Notes: generated by a model not told the origin, from the letters alone. A DNA stretch of 64,000 nt from Escherichia coli O157:H7 (GCF_013167455.1 NZ_CP038328.1); one strand, 5' to 3'. Shown: positions 1 to 10,134, numbered from the stretch's first letter. Numbers and translations: made by a program.

Positions 1-317
1 GTGAGTAAAATATTAAAGGGGTTGCGATAGCAGACCCATAAATGTACCCACCACGGCGACGGTTGTTGTGCGGGTAATTTATTTTCACCATGTTGTTCGC
101 GGGCAGATTCCACTTCCGCCTGATTTAACCCTTCCGGATGGGTGTCGAACGTTTTCCACAATTCTTCTTCGGGCATCACCGCCATTTTCAGGCAATGCGC
201 ACTTAAGGACGGCGGGACCACCGTATTCACTGTCTGCTGCGCGCCAGGCAATGGATCACGATGAACCAGACGGGAAGGTAAATGGCGAATGAGCCGGGTA
301 AAAATTTCTTTAAACAT
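1..317 (-). CDS. mgtA: Mg2+-importing P-type ATPase MgtA, N-terminal ~105 codons (rest of gene lies beyond window start)
   Basis: Reverse-strand translation from ATG at ~315-317 reads MFKEIFTRLIRHLPSRLVHRDPLPGAQQTVNTVV..., which I recognise as the MgtA N-terminus; open to position 1, so absent from ORF track. Confidence 0.9.
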   Translation of the reverse strand, partial: MFKEIFTRLIRHLPSRLVHRDPLPGAQQTVNTVVPPSLSAHCLKMAVMPEEELWKTFDTHPEGLNQAEVESAREQHGENKLPAQQPSPWWVHLWVCYRNPFNILL

Positions 318-580
318 AAGGAGTCCCTCCGCACTGTCTGAAACAGTACAGAAATGTCTTCAGGCGTGGCGAAGCCTTACCTGAAGGTAATAAAGCTGAG
401 CAGGGACGTTAAAACGTCACGGCCTTACGCATCCGGTAACGCCGTGAAAAGACGGGCTTACCGGAAAAGTTTTAATCTCCGTCGAGGGAGAGGCGTGGGA
501 TCAGGTTCCATATAACCTCCGGTAAGTGAAAAAAGCGCCGCAAATAATAAGGAGAATCCAATAATATTCGTAGCATCTAT
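318..580 (-). promoter_or_regulatory. mgtA 5' leader (long regulatory leader, Mg2+/proline-responsive) containing mgtL
   Basis: ~265 nt between predicted PhoP-dependent promoter and mgtA ATG; contains proline-rich leader ORF; fits known mgtA leader architecture. Confidence 0.7.
458..511 (-). CDS. mgtL: mgtA leader peptide MgtL, 17 aa ([17 protein letters not shown])
   Basis: Last 17 codons of ORF-track entry 458..799(-) start at ATG and encode the proline-rich MgtL peptide; the rest of that 113-aa ORF is a spurious upstream extension overlapping treR. Confidence 0.8.
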
Positions 581-586
581 GGCGAT

Positions 587-621
587 ATAATACCTGCTGG
601 CAACTAAACCAACGATAAACC
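587..621 (-). promoter_or_regulatory. PhoP-dependent mgtA promoter: PhoP box GGTTTA-N5-GGTTTA plus -10 TATTAT
   Basis: Reverse strand reads GGTTTATCGTTGGTTTAG at ~604-621 (direct hexamer repeat, 5-nt spacer) with TATTAT ~11 bp downstream at ~587-592. Confidence 0.65.
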
Positions 622-695
622 AGACTTTACCCATTGCTGAATGCACGGGTAAAGTTAGGCTCAAATAATTAAACAACACGTTACAGGACAACAGG

Positions 696-1643
696 ATGCA
701 AAATCGGCTGACCATCAAAGACATCGCGCGCTTAAGCGGCGTGGGGAAATCTACAGTTTCCCGGGTGCTGAATAACGAAAGCGGCGTGAGCCAGCGCACC
801 CGCGAGCGTGTTGAAGCAGTGATGAATCAGCATGGATTTTCCCCTTCCCGTTCTGCGCGCGCTATGCGTGGGCAAAGCGATAAAGTGGTCGCCATCATTG
901 TTACCCGTCTGGATTCGTTGTCAGAAAATCTCGCCGTTCAAACCATGCTGCCAGCGTTCTATGAACAAGGTTACGACCCAATCATGATGGAAAGTCAGTT
1001 TTCCCCGCAATTAGTTGCCGAACATTTGGGGGTGCTGAAACGGCGTAATATCGACGGCGTAGTGCTGTTCGGTTTTACTGGCATAACAGAAGAAATGTTA
1101 GCCCACTGGCAGTCATCGCTGGTTCTGCTGGCGCGTGACGCAAAAGGCTTTGCTTCGGTCTGTTATGACGACGAAGGGGCAATCAAGATCCTGATGCAAC
1201 GGCTGTATGACCAGGGGCATCGTAATATCAGTTATCTCGGCGTGCCGCACAGTGACGTGACAACCGGTAAGCGACGTCACGAAGCCTACCTGGCGTTCTG
1301 CAAAGCGCATAAACTGCATCCCGTTGCCGCCCTGCCAGGGCTTGCTATGAAGCAAGGCTATGAGAACGTAGCAAAAGTGATTACGCCTGAAACTACCGCC
1401 TTACTGTGCGCAACCGACACGCTGGCACTTGGCGCAAGTAAATACCTGCAAGAGCAACGCATCGACACCTTGCAACTGGCGAGCGTCGGTAATACGCCGT
1501 TAATGAAATTCCTTCATCCGGAGATCGTCACCGTAGATCCTGGTTACGCCGAAGCTGGACGCCAGGCGGCTTGCCAGTTGATCGCGCAGGTAACCGGACG
1601 CAGCGAACCGCAACAAATCATCATCCCCGCCAACCTGTCCTGA
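696..1643 (+). CDS. treR: trehalose operon repressor TreR (LacI family), 315 aa
   Basis: Full ORF; N-terminal HTH (TIKDIARLSGVGKSTVSRVLN) and periplasmic-binding-protein-like core; sits upstream of treBC. Confidence 0.97.
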   Translation: MQNRLTIKDIARLSGVGKSTVSRVLNNESGVSQRTRERVEAVMNQHGFSPSRSARAMRGQSDKVVAIIVTRLDSLSENLAVQTMLPAFYEQGYDPIMMESQFSPQLVAEHLGVLKRRNIDGVVLFGFTGITEEMLAHWQSSLVLLARDAKGFASVCYDDEGAIKILMQRLYDQGHRNISYLGVPHSDVTTGKRRHEAYLAFCKAHKLHPVAALPGLAMKQGYENVAKVITPETTALLCATDTLALGASKYLQEQRIDTLQLASVGNTPLMKFLHPEIVTVDPGYAEAGRQAACQLIAQVTGRSEPQQIIIPANLS

Positions 1644-1700
1644 TCGTTTCCTGAACGATAAATTGTGATCTTCGCTGCGTTTCGGGAACGTTCCCGTTTT
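1643..1700. promoter_or_regulatory. treB promoter region with two palindromes (candidate TreR operators) and a CRP-like half site
   Basis: ATCGTTtcctgAACGAT at ~1643-1659 and perfect palindrome CGGGAACGTTCCCG at ~1683-1696; TGTGATcttcgcTGCG at ~1664-1679. Confidence 0.45.
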
Positions 1701-1761
1701 TAAATTTTTCCGCGCAATATATTCTGCAGCCAACCAAAAATGTCATCTGCCATGGGGCTTT

Positions 1762-3183
1762 ATGATGAGCAAAATAAACCAAACGGATATCGATCGGTTG
1801 ATTGAACTGGTCGGCGGGCGCGGCAATATTGCGACGGTGAGCCACTGTATTACTCGCCTGCGCTTTGTCCTCAACCAACCGGCCAATGCCAGACCGAAAG
1901 AAATTGAGCAACTCCCCATGGTGAAAGGCTGTTTCACCAATGCCGGGCAATTTCAGGTGGTGATTGGCACCAACGTGGGTGATTACTATCAAGCACTGAT
2001 AGCGTCAACCGGACAGGCGCAGGTTGATAAAGAGCAGGTAAAAAAAGCCGCCCGGCAGAATATGAAATGGCATGAGCAGTTGATCTCTCATTTCGCAGAG
2101 ATCTTCTTCCCGTTGCTGCCCGCGTTGATTAGCGGCGGTTTGATCCTCGGTTTTCGCAATGTGATCGGCGATTTGCCCATGAGCAACGGTCAAACGCTGG
2201 CGCAAATGTACCCTTCCCTGCAAACGATCTACGATTTTCTGTGGTTGATCGGTGAAGCGATCTTCTTCTACCTGCCGGTCGGGATTTGCTGGTCAGCGGT
2301 GAAAAAAATGGGCGGCACGCCGATCCTTGGTATCGTGCTTGGCGTGACACTGGTTTCCCCCCAACTGATGAACGCTTATCTGCTCGGGCAGCAGCTGCCG
2401 GAAGTGTGGGACTTTGGCATGTTCAGCATCGCCAAAGTGGGCTATCAGGCGCAGGTGATCCCGGCACTGTTAGCCGGGCTGGCGCTGGGCGTTATTGAAA
2501 CTCGCCTTAAACGCATCGTGCCGGATTACCTCTATCTGGTGGTGGTGCCCGTCTGTTCGCTGATCCTCGCGGTGTTCCTCGCCCATGCGCTGATTGGTCC
2601 GTTTGGTCGCATGATTGGCGATGGCGTTGCCTTTGCGGTACGTCACCTGATGACCGGCAGCTTTGCTCCGATTGGCGCGGCATTGTTTGGCTTCCTGTAC
2701 GCCCCGCTGGTGATCACCGGTGTACACCAGACCACGCTTGCTATTGATTTGCAGATGATTCAAAGCATGGGTGGTACGCCAGTGTGGCCGCTGATTGCGC
2801 TGTCGAATATCGCTCAGGGCTCCGCCGTGATAGGCATTATCATTTCCAGCCGCAAGCACAATGAACGCGAGATCTCCGTGCCTGCGGCGATCTCCGCCTG
2901 GCTTGGGGTCACTGAGCCTGCAATGTACGGCATCAACCTGAAATATCGCTTCCCGATGCTGTGCGCGATGATTGGTTCTGGTCTGGCAGGATTGCTATGC
3001 GGCCTGAACGGCGTTATGGCGAATGGCATCGGCGTAGGCGGCCTGCCGGGAATTCTCTCGATTCAACCGAGCTACTGGCAGGTGTTTGCGCTGGCAATGG
3101 CTATCGCCATCATCATCCCGATTGTACTCACCTCGTTTATCTATCAGCGGAAATACCGCCTGGGCACGCTGGACATTGTTTAA
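1762..3183 (+). CDS. treB: PTS trehalose-specific EIIBC component, 473 aa
   Basis: Full ORF, polytopic membrane protein with N-terminal EIIB cysteine motif (TVSHCITRLRF); followed by treC. Confidence 0.97.
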   Translation: MMSKINQTDIDRLIELVGGRGNIATVSHCITRLRFVLNQPANARPKEIEQLPMVKGCFTNAGQFQVVIGTNVGDYYQALIASTGQAQVDKEQVKKAARQNMKWHEQLISHFAEIFFPLLPALISGGLILGFRNVIGDLPMSNGQTLAQMYPSLQTIYDFLWLIGEAIFFYLPVGICWSAVKKMGGTPILGIVLGVTLVSPQLMNAYLLGQQLPEVWDFGMFSIAKVGYQAQVIPALLAGLALGVIETRLKRIVPDYLYLVVVPVCSLILAVFLAHALIGPFGRMIGDGVAFAVRHLMTGSFAPIGAALFGFLYAPLVITGVHQTTLAIDLQMIQSMGGTPVWPLIALSNIAQGSAVIGIIISSRKHNEREISVPAAISAWLGVTEPAMYGINLKYRFPMLCAMIGSGLAGLLCGLNGVMANGIGVGGLPGILSIQPSYWQVFALAMAIAIIIPIVLTSFIYQRKYRLGTLDIV

Positions 3184-3191
3184 TTTTCTTC

Positions 3192-3209
3192 GGGGCGCAA
3201 TTGCGCCCC
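3192..3209. other. perfect 18-bp palindrome GGGGCGCAATTGCGCCCC in treB-treC intercistronic spacer (RNA stem-loop)
   Basis: Sequence is its own reverse complement; lies between treB stop and treC start. Confidence 0.6.
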
Positions 3210-3232
3210 CTCGCATTTGCAGGAATAACGTA

Positions 3233-4888
3233 ATGACTAATCTTCCCCACTGGTGGCAAAACGGCGTTATCTACCAGATTTATCCAAAGAGTTTTCAGGA
3301 CACCACGGGTAGCGGCACCGGCGATTTACGTGGCGTTATCCAACGCCTGGACTATCTGCATAAACTGGGCGTTGATGCCATCTGGCTAACCCCCTTTTAT
3401 GTCTCTCCGCAGGTCGATAACGGTTACGATGTAGCGAACTATACGGCGATTGATCCCACCTACGGCACGCTGGACGATTTTGACGAACTGGTGACGCAGG
3501 CAAAATCGCGCGGGATTCGTATCATTCTCGATATGGTGTTTAACCATACCTCTACCCAACATGCCTGGTTTCGCGAGGCGCTGAACAAAGAAAGCCCTTA
3601 CCGCCAGTTTTATATCTGGCGCGATGGCGAACCAGAAACGCCACCGAACAACTGGCGTTCAAAATTTGGCGGTAGTGCGTGGCGCTGGCATGCGGAAAGC
3701 GAACAGTACTATTTGCATCTCTTTGCACCAGAACAGGCGGATCTCAACTGGGAGAATCCAGCGGTACGCGCAGAGCTGAAAAAAGTCTGTGAGTTCTGGG
3801 CCGATCGTGGGGTCGACGGGTTGCGCCTGGATGTGGTGAATCTGATCTCCAAAGACCCGCGTTTCCCTGATGACCTGGATGGCGACGGGCGTCGCTTCTA
3901 CACCGACGGGCCACGAGCACACGAGTTTTTGCACGAGATGAACCGCGATGTGTTTACGCCACGCGGGTTAATGACCGTAGGTGAAATGTCCTCCACCAGC
4001 CTTGAGCATTGCCAGCGATACGCGGCACTGACAGGCAGTGAATTGTCGATGACCTTTAATTTTCATCACCTGAAGGTCGATTATCCCGGTGGTGAAAAAT
4101 GGACGCTGGCTAAACCTGACTTTGTGGCGTTGAAAACATTGTTCCGCCACTGGCAACAAGGAATGCACAACGTAGCATTGAATGCCTTGTTCTGGTGTAA
4201 CCACGATCAGCCGCGCATTGTTTCTCGCTTTGGTGATGAAGGTGAATACCGCGTGCCTGCGGCAAAAATGCTGGCGATGGTGCTGCATGGCATGCAGGGA
4301 ACGCCGTATATCTACCAGGGCGAAGAGATTGGCATGACCAACCCGCATTTCACGCGCATTACTGACTATCGCGACGTAGAGAGCCTCAATATGTTTGCCG
4401 AGCTGCGCAACGATGGGCGTGATGCCGACGAGTTATTGGCAATCCTCGCCAGTAAATCCCGTGACAACAGCCGCACGCCCATGCAATGGAGCAACGGCGA
4501 TAATGCCGGGTTTACGGCTGGCGAACCGTGGATTGGCCTGGGCGATAACTATCAACAAATCAACGTAGAAGCCGCGCTGGCCGATGAGTCCTCGGTGTTT
4601 TACACCTACCAAAAGTTAATCGCACTGCGTAAGCAGGAAGCCATCCTGACATGGGGCAATTACCAGGATCTGCTGCCAAACAGCCCTGTATTGTGGTGCT
4701 ATCGCCGTGAATGGAAGGGGCAAACCTTGCTGGTCATTGCCAACCTTAGCCGTGAGATCCAACCCTGGCAGCCAGGGCAAATGCGCGGCAACTGGCAGCT
4801 TGTGATGCATAACTACGAAGAAGCCTCACCACAACCCTGTGCCATGACTTTACGGCCTTTTGAGGCTGTCTGGTGGTTACAGAAGTAA
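3233..4888 (+). CDS. treC: trehalose-6-phosphate hydrolase, 551 aa (GH13)
   Basis: ORF-track 3086..4888 starts at an upstream TTG; the real start is the ATG giving MTNLPHWWQNGVIYQIYPKSF; alpha-amylase family motifs present. Confidence 0.95.
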   Translation: MTNLPHWWQNGVIYQIYPKSFQDTTGSGTGDLRGVIQRLDYLHKLGVDAIWLTPFYVSPQVDNGYDVANYTAIDPTYGTLDDFDELVTQAKSRGIRIILDMVFNHTSTQHAWFREALNKESPYRQFYIWRDGEPETPPNNWRSKFGGSAWRWHAESEQYYLHLFAPEQADLNWENPAVRAELKKVCEFWADRGVDGLRLDVVNLISKDPRFPDDLDGDGRRFYTDGPRAHEFLHEMNRDVFTPRGLMTVGEMSSTSLEHCQRYAALTGSELSMTFNFHHLKVDYPGGEKWTLAKPDFVALKTLFRHWQQGMHNVALNALFWCNHDQPRIVSRFGDEGEYRVPAAKMLAMVLHGMQGTPYIYQGEEIGMTNPHFTRITDYRDVESLNMFAELRNDGRDADELLAILASKSRDNSRTPMQWSNGDNAGFTAGEPWIGLGDNYQQINVEAALADESSVFYTYQKLIALRKQEAILTWGNYQDLLPNSPVLWCYRREWKGQTLLVIANLSREIQPWQPGQMRGNWQLVMHNYEEASPQPCAMTLRPFEAVWWLQK

Positions 4889-4900
4889 ATCTTCCCTAAG

Positions 4901-4934
4901 CCCCGGTAATGCCGGTCATTCCGGGGTTTTGTCT
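4901..4934 (+). terminator. rho-independent terminator after treC
   Basis: GC-rich hairpin CCCCGGTAATGCCGGTCATTCCGGGG followed by TTTTGTCTG. Confidence 0.6.
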
Positions 4935-5049
4935 GTCAGCATGTTGTTTTTGTTGATTTTTCAACCAGCAAATTCATTAAAAAATTTACATAACGCTGTA
5001 GCGCCCGTCATCCGTACGCTCTGCTTTTTACTTTGAGCTACATCAAAAA

Positions 5050-5130
5050 AAGTTCAAACATCCTTGATGCAAAGCACTATATATAGACTTTAAAATGCGT
5101 CCCAACCCAATATGTTGTATCAATCGACTA
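5050..5130 (+). promoter_or_regulatory. nrdDG promoter region: NrdR-box-like AT palindromes and FNR-like TTGAT half sites
   Basis: CACTATATATAG at ~5075-5086 and CAATATGTTGTAT at ~5108-5120; TTGATgcaa at ~5064-5072; assignment by resemblance to consensus only. Confidence 0.4.
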
Positions 5131-5169
5131 TAATTGCTACTACAGCTCCCCACGAAAAAGGTGCGGCGT

Positions 5170-5255
5170 TGTGGATAAGCGGATGGCGATTGCGGAAAGC
5201 ACCGGAAAACGAAACGAAAAAACCGGAAAACGCCTTTCCCAATTTCTGTGGATAA
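5170..5255 (-). promoter_or_regulatory. two consensus DnaA-box 9-mers (TTATCCACA on reverse strand) in the nrdD 5' region
   Basis: Plus strand shows TGTGGATAA at ~5170-5178 and again at ~5247-5255, same orientation, the second ~27 nt upstream of the nrdD ATG. Confidence 0.4.
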
Positions 5256-5281
5256 CCTGTTCTTAAAAATATGGAGCGATC

Positions 5282-7420
5282 ATGACACCGCATGTGATGA
5301 AACGAGACGGCTGCAAAGTGCCGTTTAAATCAGAGCGCATCAAAGAAGCGATTCTGCGTGCAGCTAAAGCAGCGGAAGTCGATGATGCCGATTATTGCGC
5401 CACTGTTGCTGCAGTTGTCAGCGAGCAGATGCAGGGCCGCAACCAGGTGGATATCAATGAGATCCAGACCGCTGTTGAAAACCAGCTGATGTCAGGTCCA
5501 TACAAACAACTGGCTCGTGCTTACATCGAGTACCGTCACGATCGCGACATTGAACGTGAAAAACGCGGTCGCCTGAATCAGGAGATCCGTGGTCTGGTCG
5601 AGCAGACCAACGCCTCGTTACTCAACGAAAACGCCAACAAAGACAGCAAGGTGATTCCAACCCAGCGCGACCTGCTGGCCGGGATCGTGGCTAAACACTA
5701 TGCACGTCAGCACCTGCTGCCGCGTGACGTGGTGCAGGCACATGAGCGTGGCGATATTCACTATCACGATCTCGATTACTCACCGTTTTTCCCGATGTTC
5801 AACTGCATGTTGATCGACCTGAAAGGCATGCTGACCCAGGGCTTTAAGATGGGGAACGCCGAGATTGAACCGCCGAAGTCGATCTCTACGGCAACCGCGG
5901 TAACTGCGCAGATTATTGCTCAGGTTGCCAGCCATATTTATGGCGGCACCACCATTAACCGTATCGATGAAGTGCTGGCACCGTTTGTCACCGCCAGCTA
6001 CAACAAACATCGCAAGACCGCAGAAGAGTGGAACATCCCGGACGCCGAAGGCTACGCTAACTCTCGTACCATTAAAGAGTGCTACGATGCCTTCCAGTCG
6101 CTGGAGTACGAAGTAAACACCCTGCACACCGCCAACGGTCAGACGCCGTTTGTAACCTTTGGTTTTGGTCTGGGCACCAGCTGGGAGTCGCGCCTGATTC
6201 AGGAATCTATCCTGCGTAACCGTATCGCAGGCCTCGGTAAAAACCGTAAAACTGCGGTGTTCCCGAAACTGGTGTTTGCGATTCGCGATGGTCTGAACCA
6301 TAAAAAAGGCGATCCGAACTACGACATCAAACAGCTGGCGCTGGAGTGCGCAAGCAAGCGCATGTATCCGGATATCCTGAACTACGATCAGGTAGTGAAA
6401 GTCACCGGTTCGTTTAAAACCCCGATGGGCTGCCGCAGCTTCCTCGGCGTGTGGGAAAATGAAAACGGCGAGCAGATCCACGATGGTCGTAACAACCTCG
6501 GCGTGATCAGCCTGAACCTGCCGCGTATTGCTCTGGAAGCAAAAGGCGATGAAGCCACCTTCTGGAAGCTGCTGGATGAACGTCTGGTGCTGGCACGTAA
6601 GGCTCTGATGACCCGTATCGCTCGTCTCGAAGGCGTGAAAGCGCGCGTGGCCCCGATCCTCTATATGGAAGGTGCTTGTGGCGTGCGTCTCAATGCTGAC
6701 GATGATATTTCTGAAATCTTCAAAAACGGTCGTGCGTCTATTTCGCTGGGTTACATCGGCATCCACGAAACCATTAACGCGCTGTTCGGCGGCGAACATG
6801 TTTACGACAACGAGCAGCTCCGCGCGAAAGGTATCGCCATTGTTGAACGTCTGCGTCAGGCAGTGGATCAGTGGAAAGAAGAAACGGGTTATGGTTTCAG
6901 TCTCTACAGCACGCCGAGTGAAAACCTGTGCGACCGCTTCTGCCGTCTCGATACTGCTGAGTTTGGCGTGGTGCCGGGCGTGACCGATAAAGGTTACTAC
7001 ACCAACAGTTTCCACCTCGATGTGGAGAAGAAGGTGAACCCGTACGACAAGATCGACTTTGAAGCGCCTTACCCGCCGCTGGCGAACGGTGGTTTCATTT
7101 GCTACGGCGAGTATCCAAACATTCAGCACAACCTGAAGGCGCTGGAAGATGTCTGGGATTACAGCTATCAGCATGTACCGTATTACGGCACCAATACACC
7201 GATTGATGAGTGCTACGAGTGTGGCTTTACCGGTGAGTTCGAGTGCACCAGCAAAGGCTTCACCTGCCCGAAATGTGGTAACCATGACGCCTCCCGTGTG
7301 TCGGTAACTCGCCGCGTGTGCGGATATTTAGGTAGCCCGGATGCACGTCCGTTTAACGCCGGCAAGCAGGAAGAAGTTAAGCGCCGCGTTAAACATTTGG
7401 GAAATGGGCAGATAGGTTGA
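5282..7420 (+). CDS. nrdD: anaerobic ribonucleoside-triphosphate reductase (class III), 712 aa
   Basis: Full ORF; N-terminal ATP-cone, C-terminal zinc ribbon (CYECGF...CPKCG) and glycyl-radical motif (RVCGYLG). Confidence 0.97.
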   Translation: MTPHVMKRDGCKVPFKSERIKEAILRAAKAAEVDDADYCATVAAVVSEQMQGRNQVDINEIQTAVENQLMSGPYKQLARAYIEYRHDRDIEREKRGRLNQEIRGLVEQTNASLLNENANKDSKVIPTQRDLLAGIVAKHYARQHLLPRDVVQAHERGDIHYHDLDYSPFFPMFNCMLIDLKGMLTQGFKMGNAEIEPPKSISTATAVTAQIIAQVASHIYGGTTINRIDEVLAPFVTASYNKHRKTAEEWNIPDAEGYANSRTIKECYDAFQSLEYEVNTLHTANGQTPFVTFGFGLGTSWESRLIQESILRNRIAGLGKNRKTAVFPKLVFAIRDGLNHKKGDPNYDIKQLALECASKRMYPDILNYDQVVKVTGSFKTPMGCRSFLGVWENENGEQIHDGRNNLGVISLNLPRIALEAKGDEATFWKLLDERLVLARKALMTRIARLEGVKARVAPILYMEGACGVRLNADDDISEIFKNGRASISLGYIGIHETINALFGGEHVYDNEQLRAKGIAIVERLRQAVDQWKEETGYGFSLYSTPSENLCDRFCRLDTAEFGVVPGVTDKGYYTNSFHLDVEKKVNPYDKIDFEAPYPPLANGGFICYGEYPNIQHNLKALEDVWDYSYQHVPYYGTNTPIDECYECGFTGEFECTSKGFTCPKCGNHDASRVSVTRRVCGYLGSPDARPFNAGKQEEVKRRVKHLGNGQIG

Positions 7421-7429
7421 TCTGCACTA

Positions 7430-7600
<171 letters not shown>

Positions 7601-7609
7601 GGCGAAATA

Positions 7610-8074
7610 ATGAATTATCATCAGTACTATCCTGTCGACATCGTCAACGGTCCCGGCACTCGCTGCACCCTGTTTGTCTCCGGGTGTGTTCATGAATGCC
7701 CCGGTTGCTATAACAAAAGCACATGGCGGGTAAATTCCGGTCAGCCATTTACTAAAGCAATGGAAGACCAGATCATTAACGATCTGAATGACACTCGTAT
7801 CAAACGCCAGGGTATTTCCCTCTCCGGCGGCGATCCGCTGCATCCGCAAAACGTGCCGGATATTCTGAAACTGGTACAACGCATCCGCGCCGAGTGTCCG
7901 GGTAAAGACATCTGGGTGTGGACAGGCTATAAACTCGACGAACTCAACGCTGCGCAAATGCAGGTTGTTGATTTGATTAACGTGCTGGTCGACGGCAAAT
8001 TTGTGCAGGATTTAAAAGACCCTTCCCTGATCTGGCGCGGCAGCAGCAATCAGGTGGTGCATCATTTGCGATGA
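7610..8074 (+). CDS. nrdG: anaerobic RNR activating enzyme (radical SAM), 154 aa
   Basis: ORF-track 7565..8074 trimmed to the ATG giving MNYHQYYPVDIVNGPGTRCTLFVSGCVHECPGCYN (CxxxCxxC cluster motif). Confidence 0.95.
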   Translation: MNYHQYYPVDIVNGPGTRCTLFVSGCVHECPGCYNKSTWRVNSGQPFTKAMEDQIINDLNDTRIKRQGISLSGGDPLHPQNVPDILKLVQRIRAECPGKDIWVWTGYKLDELNAAQMQVVDLINVLVDGKFVQDLKDPSLIWRGSSNQVVHHLR

Positions 8075-8078
8075 TAAG

Positions 8079-8110
8079 TTCCCTGTTACCTGAGTGCAGG
8101 CAACAGGGAA
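8079..8110. terminator. stem-loop between convergent nrdG and cybC (possible bidirectional terminator)
   Basis: TTCCCTGTT...AACAGGGAA 9-bp arms; no strong T-tract on either side. Confidence 0.45.
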
Positions 8111-8118
8111 ATGAGGAA

Positions 8119-8508
<390 letters not shown>

Positions 8509-8688
8509 TCACTTCCTTTTTTATTTACACTTCATCCTTCACACTGCCTCATCGACGACTACGCTCATTCGACCGGGTCACGTACTGCGAGTACGCTCCC
8601 CGGCCCTCATTCACTTTCCGTCTCGATGCAGTGCGAATGATTTTGTGTAATTTTTTAGTTTATAGCGCGGCAGGTCGCGCCAGTTTTT

Positions 8689-10041
8689 TTACTGTCCGGC
8701 GATTTTCATCTCCGGCAACAGCACAGAACCACACTGTATATTACTGCGTGTTTCAATATCGTTACCGACGGTGACAATATTGCGCCACATATCTTTTAAA
8801 TTACCTGCGATGGTGATTTCGCTAACCGGATACTGAATTTCGCCGTTTTCTACCCAGAAGCCCGCCGCACCACGGGAATAATCACCGGTAATTGCACTCA
8901 CGCCCTGGCCCATCAATTCCGTCACCACCAGCCCGGTGCCCATCTCTTTGAGCATCTGCTCGAAGCTTAGACCTTGTCCGGCAATCCGCCAGTTGTGAAT
9001 ACCGCCCGCATGTCCGGTGCTTTTCAGCCCCAGTTTCCGCGCCGAGTAGCTGGTCAGCAGCCACTGAGTCAGGATGCCATCTTTAATAATATCGCGACGC
9101 TCGGTGCGCACACCTTCGCTGTCAAATGGCGTCGATGCCAGCCCTTTCAGCAGATGCGGATGCTCTTCAATGGTCAGCCAGTCCGGCAGAATTTGTTTAC
9201 CCAGCGAATCCAGCAGGAAGGTAGATTTACGGTAAACCGATCCACCCGCTATCGCCCCCACCAGATGCCCAAAAAGCCCGGTTGCCACTTCATTGGCAAA
9301 AATGACCGGCGCTTTCATGGTGGAGAGTTTACGCGGTGACAGACGCGATAAAGTACGGCGAGCGCAATCGGCCCCGACCCACTCTGGCGTCTGCAAATCG
9401 CTCATCGCGCGGCCAATGGTGTAGGCGTAATCACGCTCCATATCGCCATTTTCTTCGGCAATTACACAGCTGGAGAGCGAATGACGCGTTGAGCAGTAAC
9501 CCTGCAACATGCCGTGGCTGTTGCCAAAAACTTTGACACCGTAGTGGCTGTTAAAGCTGCCACCTTCGGTATTGGTGATGCGTTTGTCCGCCTGCAATGC
9601 CGCCTGTTCTGCGCGGGCCGCCAGTTCAATGGCTTCATCCGGGGAAACTTCCGCAGGGTGGAACAAGTCGAGATCCGGTGCGTCAAAGGCCAGCAGCTCT
9701 TTGTCTGCCACGCCGGCACAGGGATCTGGCGAGGTATAACGGGCAATATCCAGCGCCGCCTGTACAGTACGGGCAATGGCCTGCGGGCTTAAATCGGTGG
9801 ATGATGCGCTACCTTTGCGGTTCTGGTGATAAACAGTGATCCCCAGCGCGCCATCGCTATTGAATTCAACATTCTCCACTTCACCATAACGCGTGCTTAC
9901 GCTAATGCCGGTGGTCTTGCTGACGGCAACTTCCGCACCGTCCGATTTGCCTGAGGCCAACTCCAGCGCAGTGGAAACTGCTTCTTCCAGAATCTTGCGC
10001 TGCGCTTCAACTTGAGAGATTACTTTCATTGCAAGTGCCAT
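8689..10041 (-). CDS. pmbA: metalloprotease PmbA/TldE, 450 aa
   Basis: Full ORF; PmbA/TldD family sequence. Confidence 0.95.
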
Positions 10042-10134
10042 AATGTAGAGAGTTTCTCTGAAGTCTAACAGAGAACCGTTTTTCAGTGCGCATCTTAACT
10101 GGTAACATTAGCCTCTTTTTTTAAGGAGCCTGAG

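Noticed and set aside
68-292. 74-aa forward ORF at window start
   Set aside because: Lies antisense within the mgtA N-terminal coding region.
458-799. 113-aa reverse ORF
   Set aside because: Only the last 17 codons (mgtL) are real; the remainder is an artefactual upstream extension through the mgtA promoter and the treR start.
3086-3232. N-terminal extensions of track ORFs (treC here; likewise nrdG, fbp, msrA, ytfK, ytfH, fklB, ytfB, yjfY, ulaF, ulaD, ulaA, bsmA, yjfN, yjfC, yjfL, rnr)
   Set aside because: The track reports the longest ORF from any ATG/GTG/TTG; the known protein N-termini and RBS positions support the internal starts used in the feature list.
5780-7285. 501-aa ORF on the reverse strand inside nrdD
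   Set aside because: Entirely antisense to a well-supported, recognisable CDS; typical shadow ORF in GC-balanced coding DNA; no RBS or recognisable protein features.
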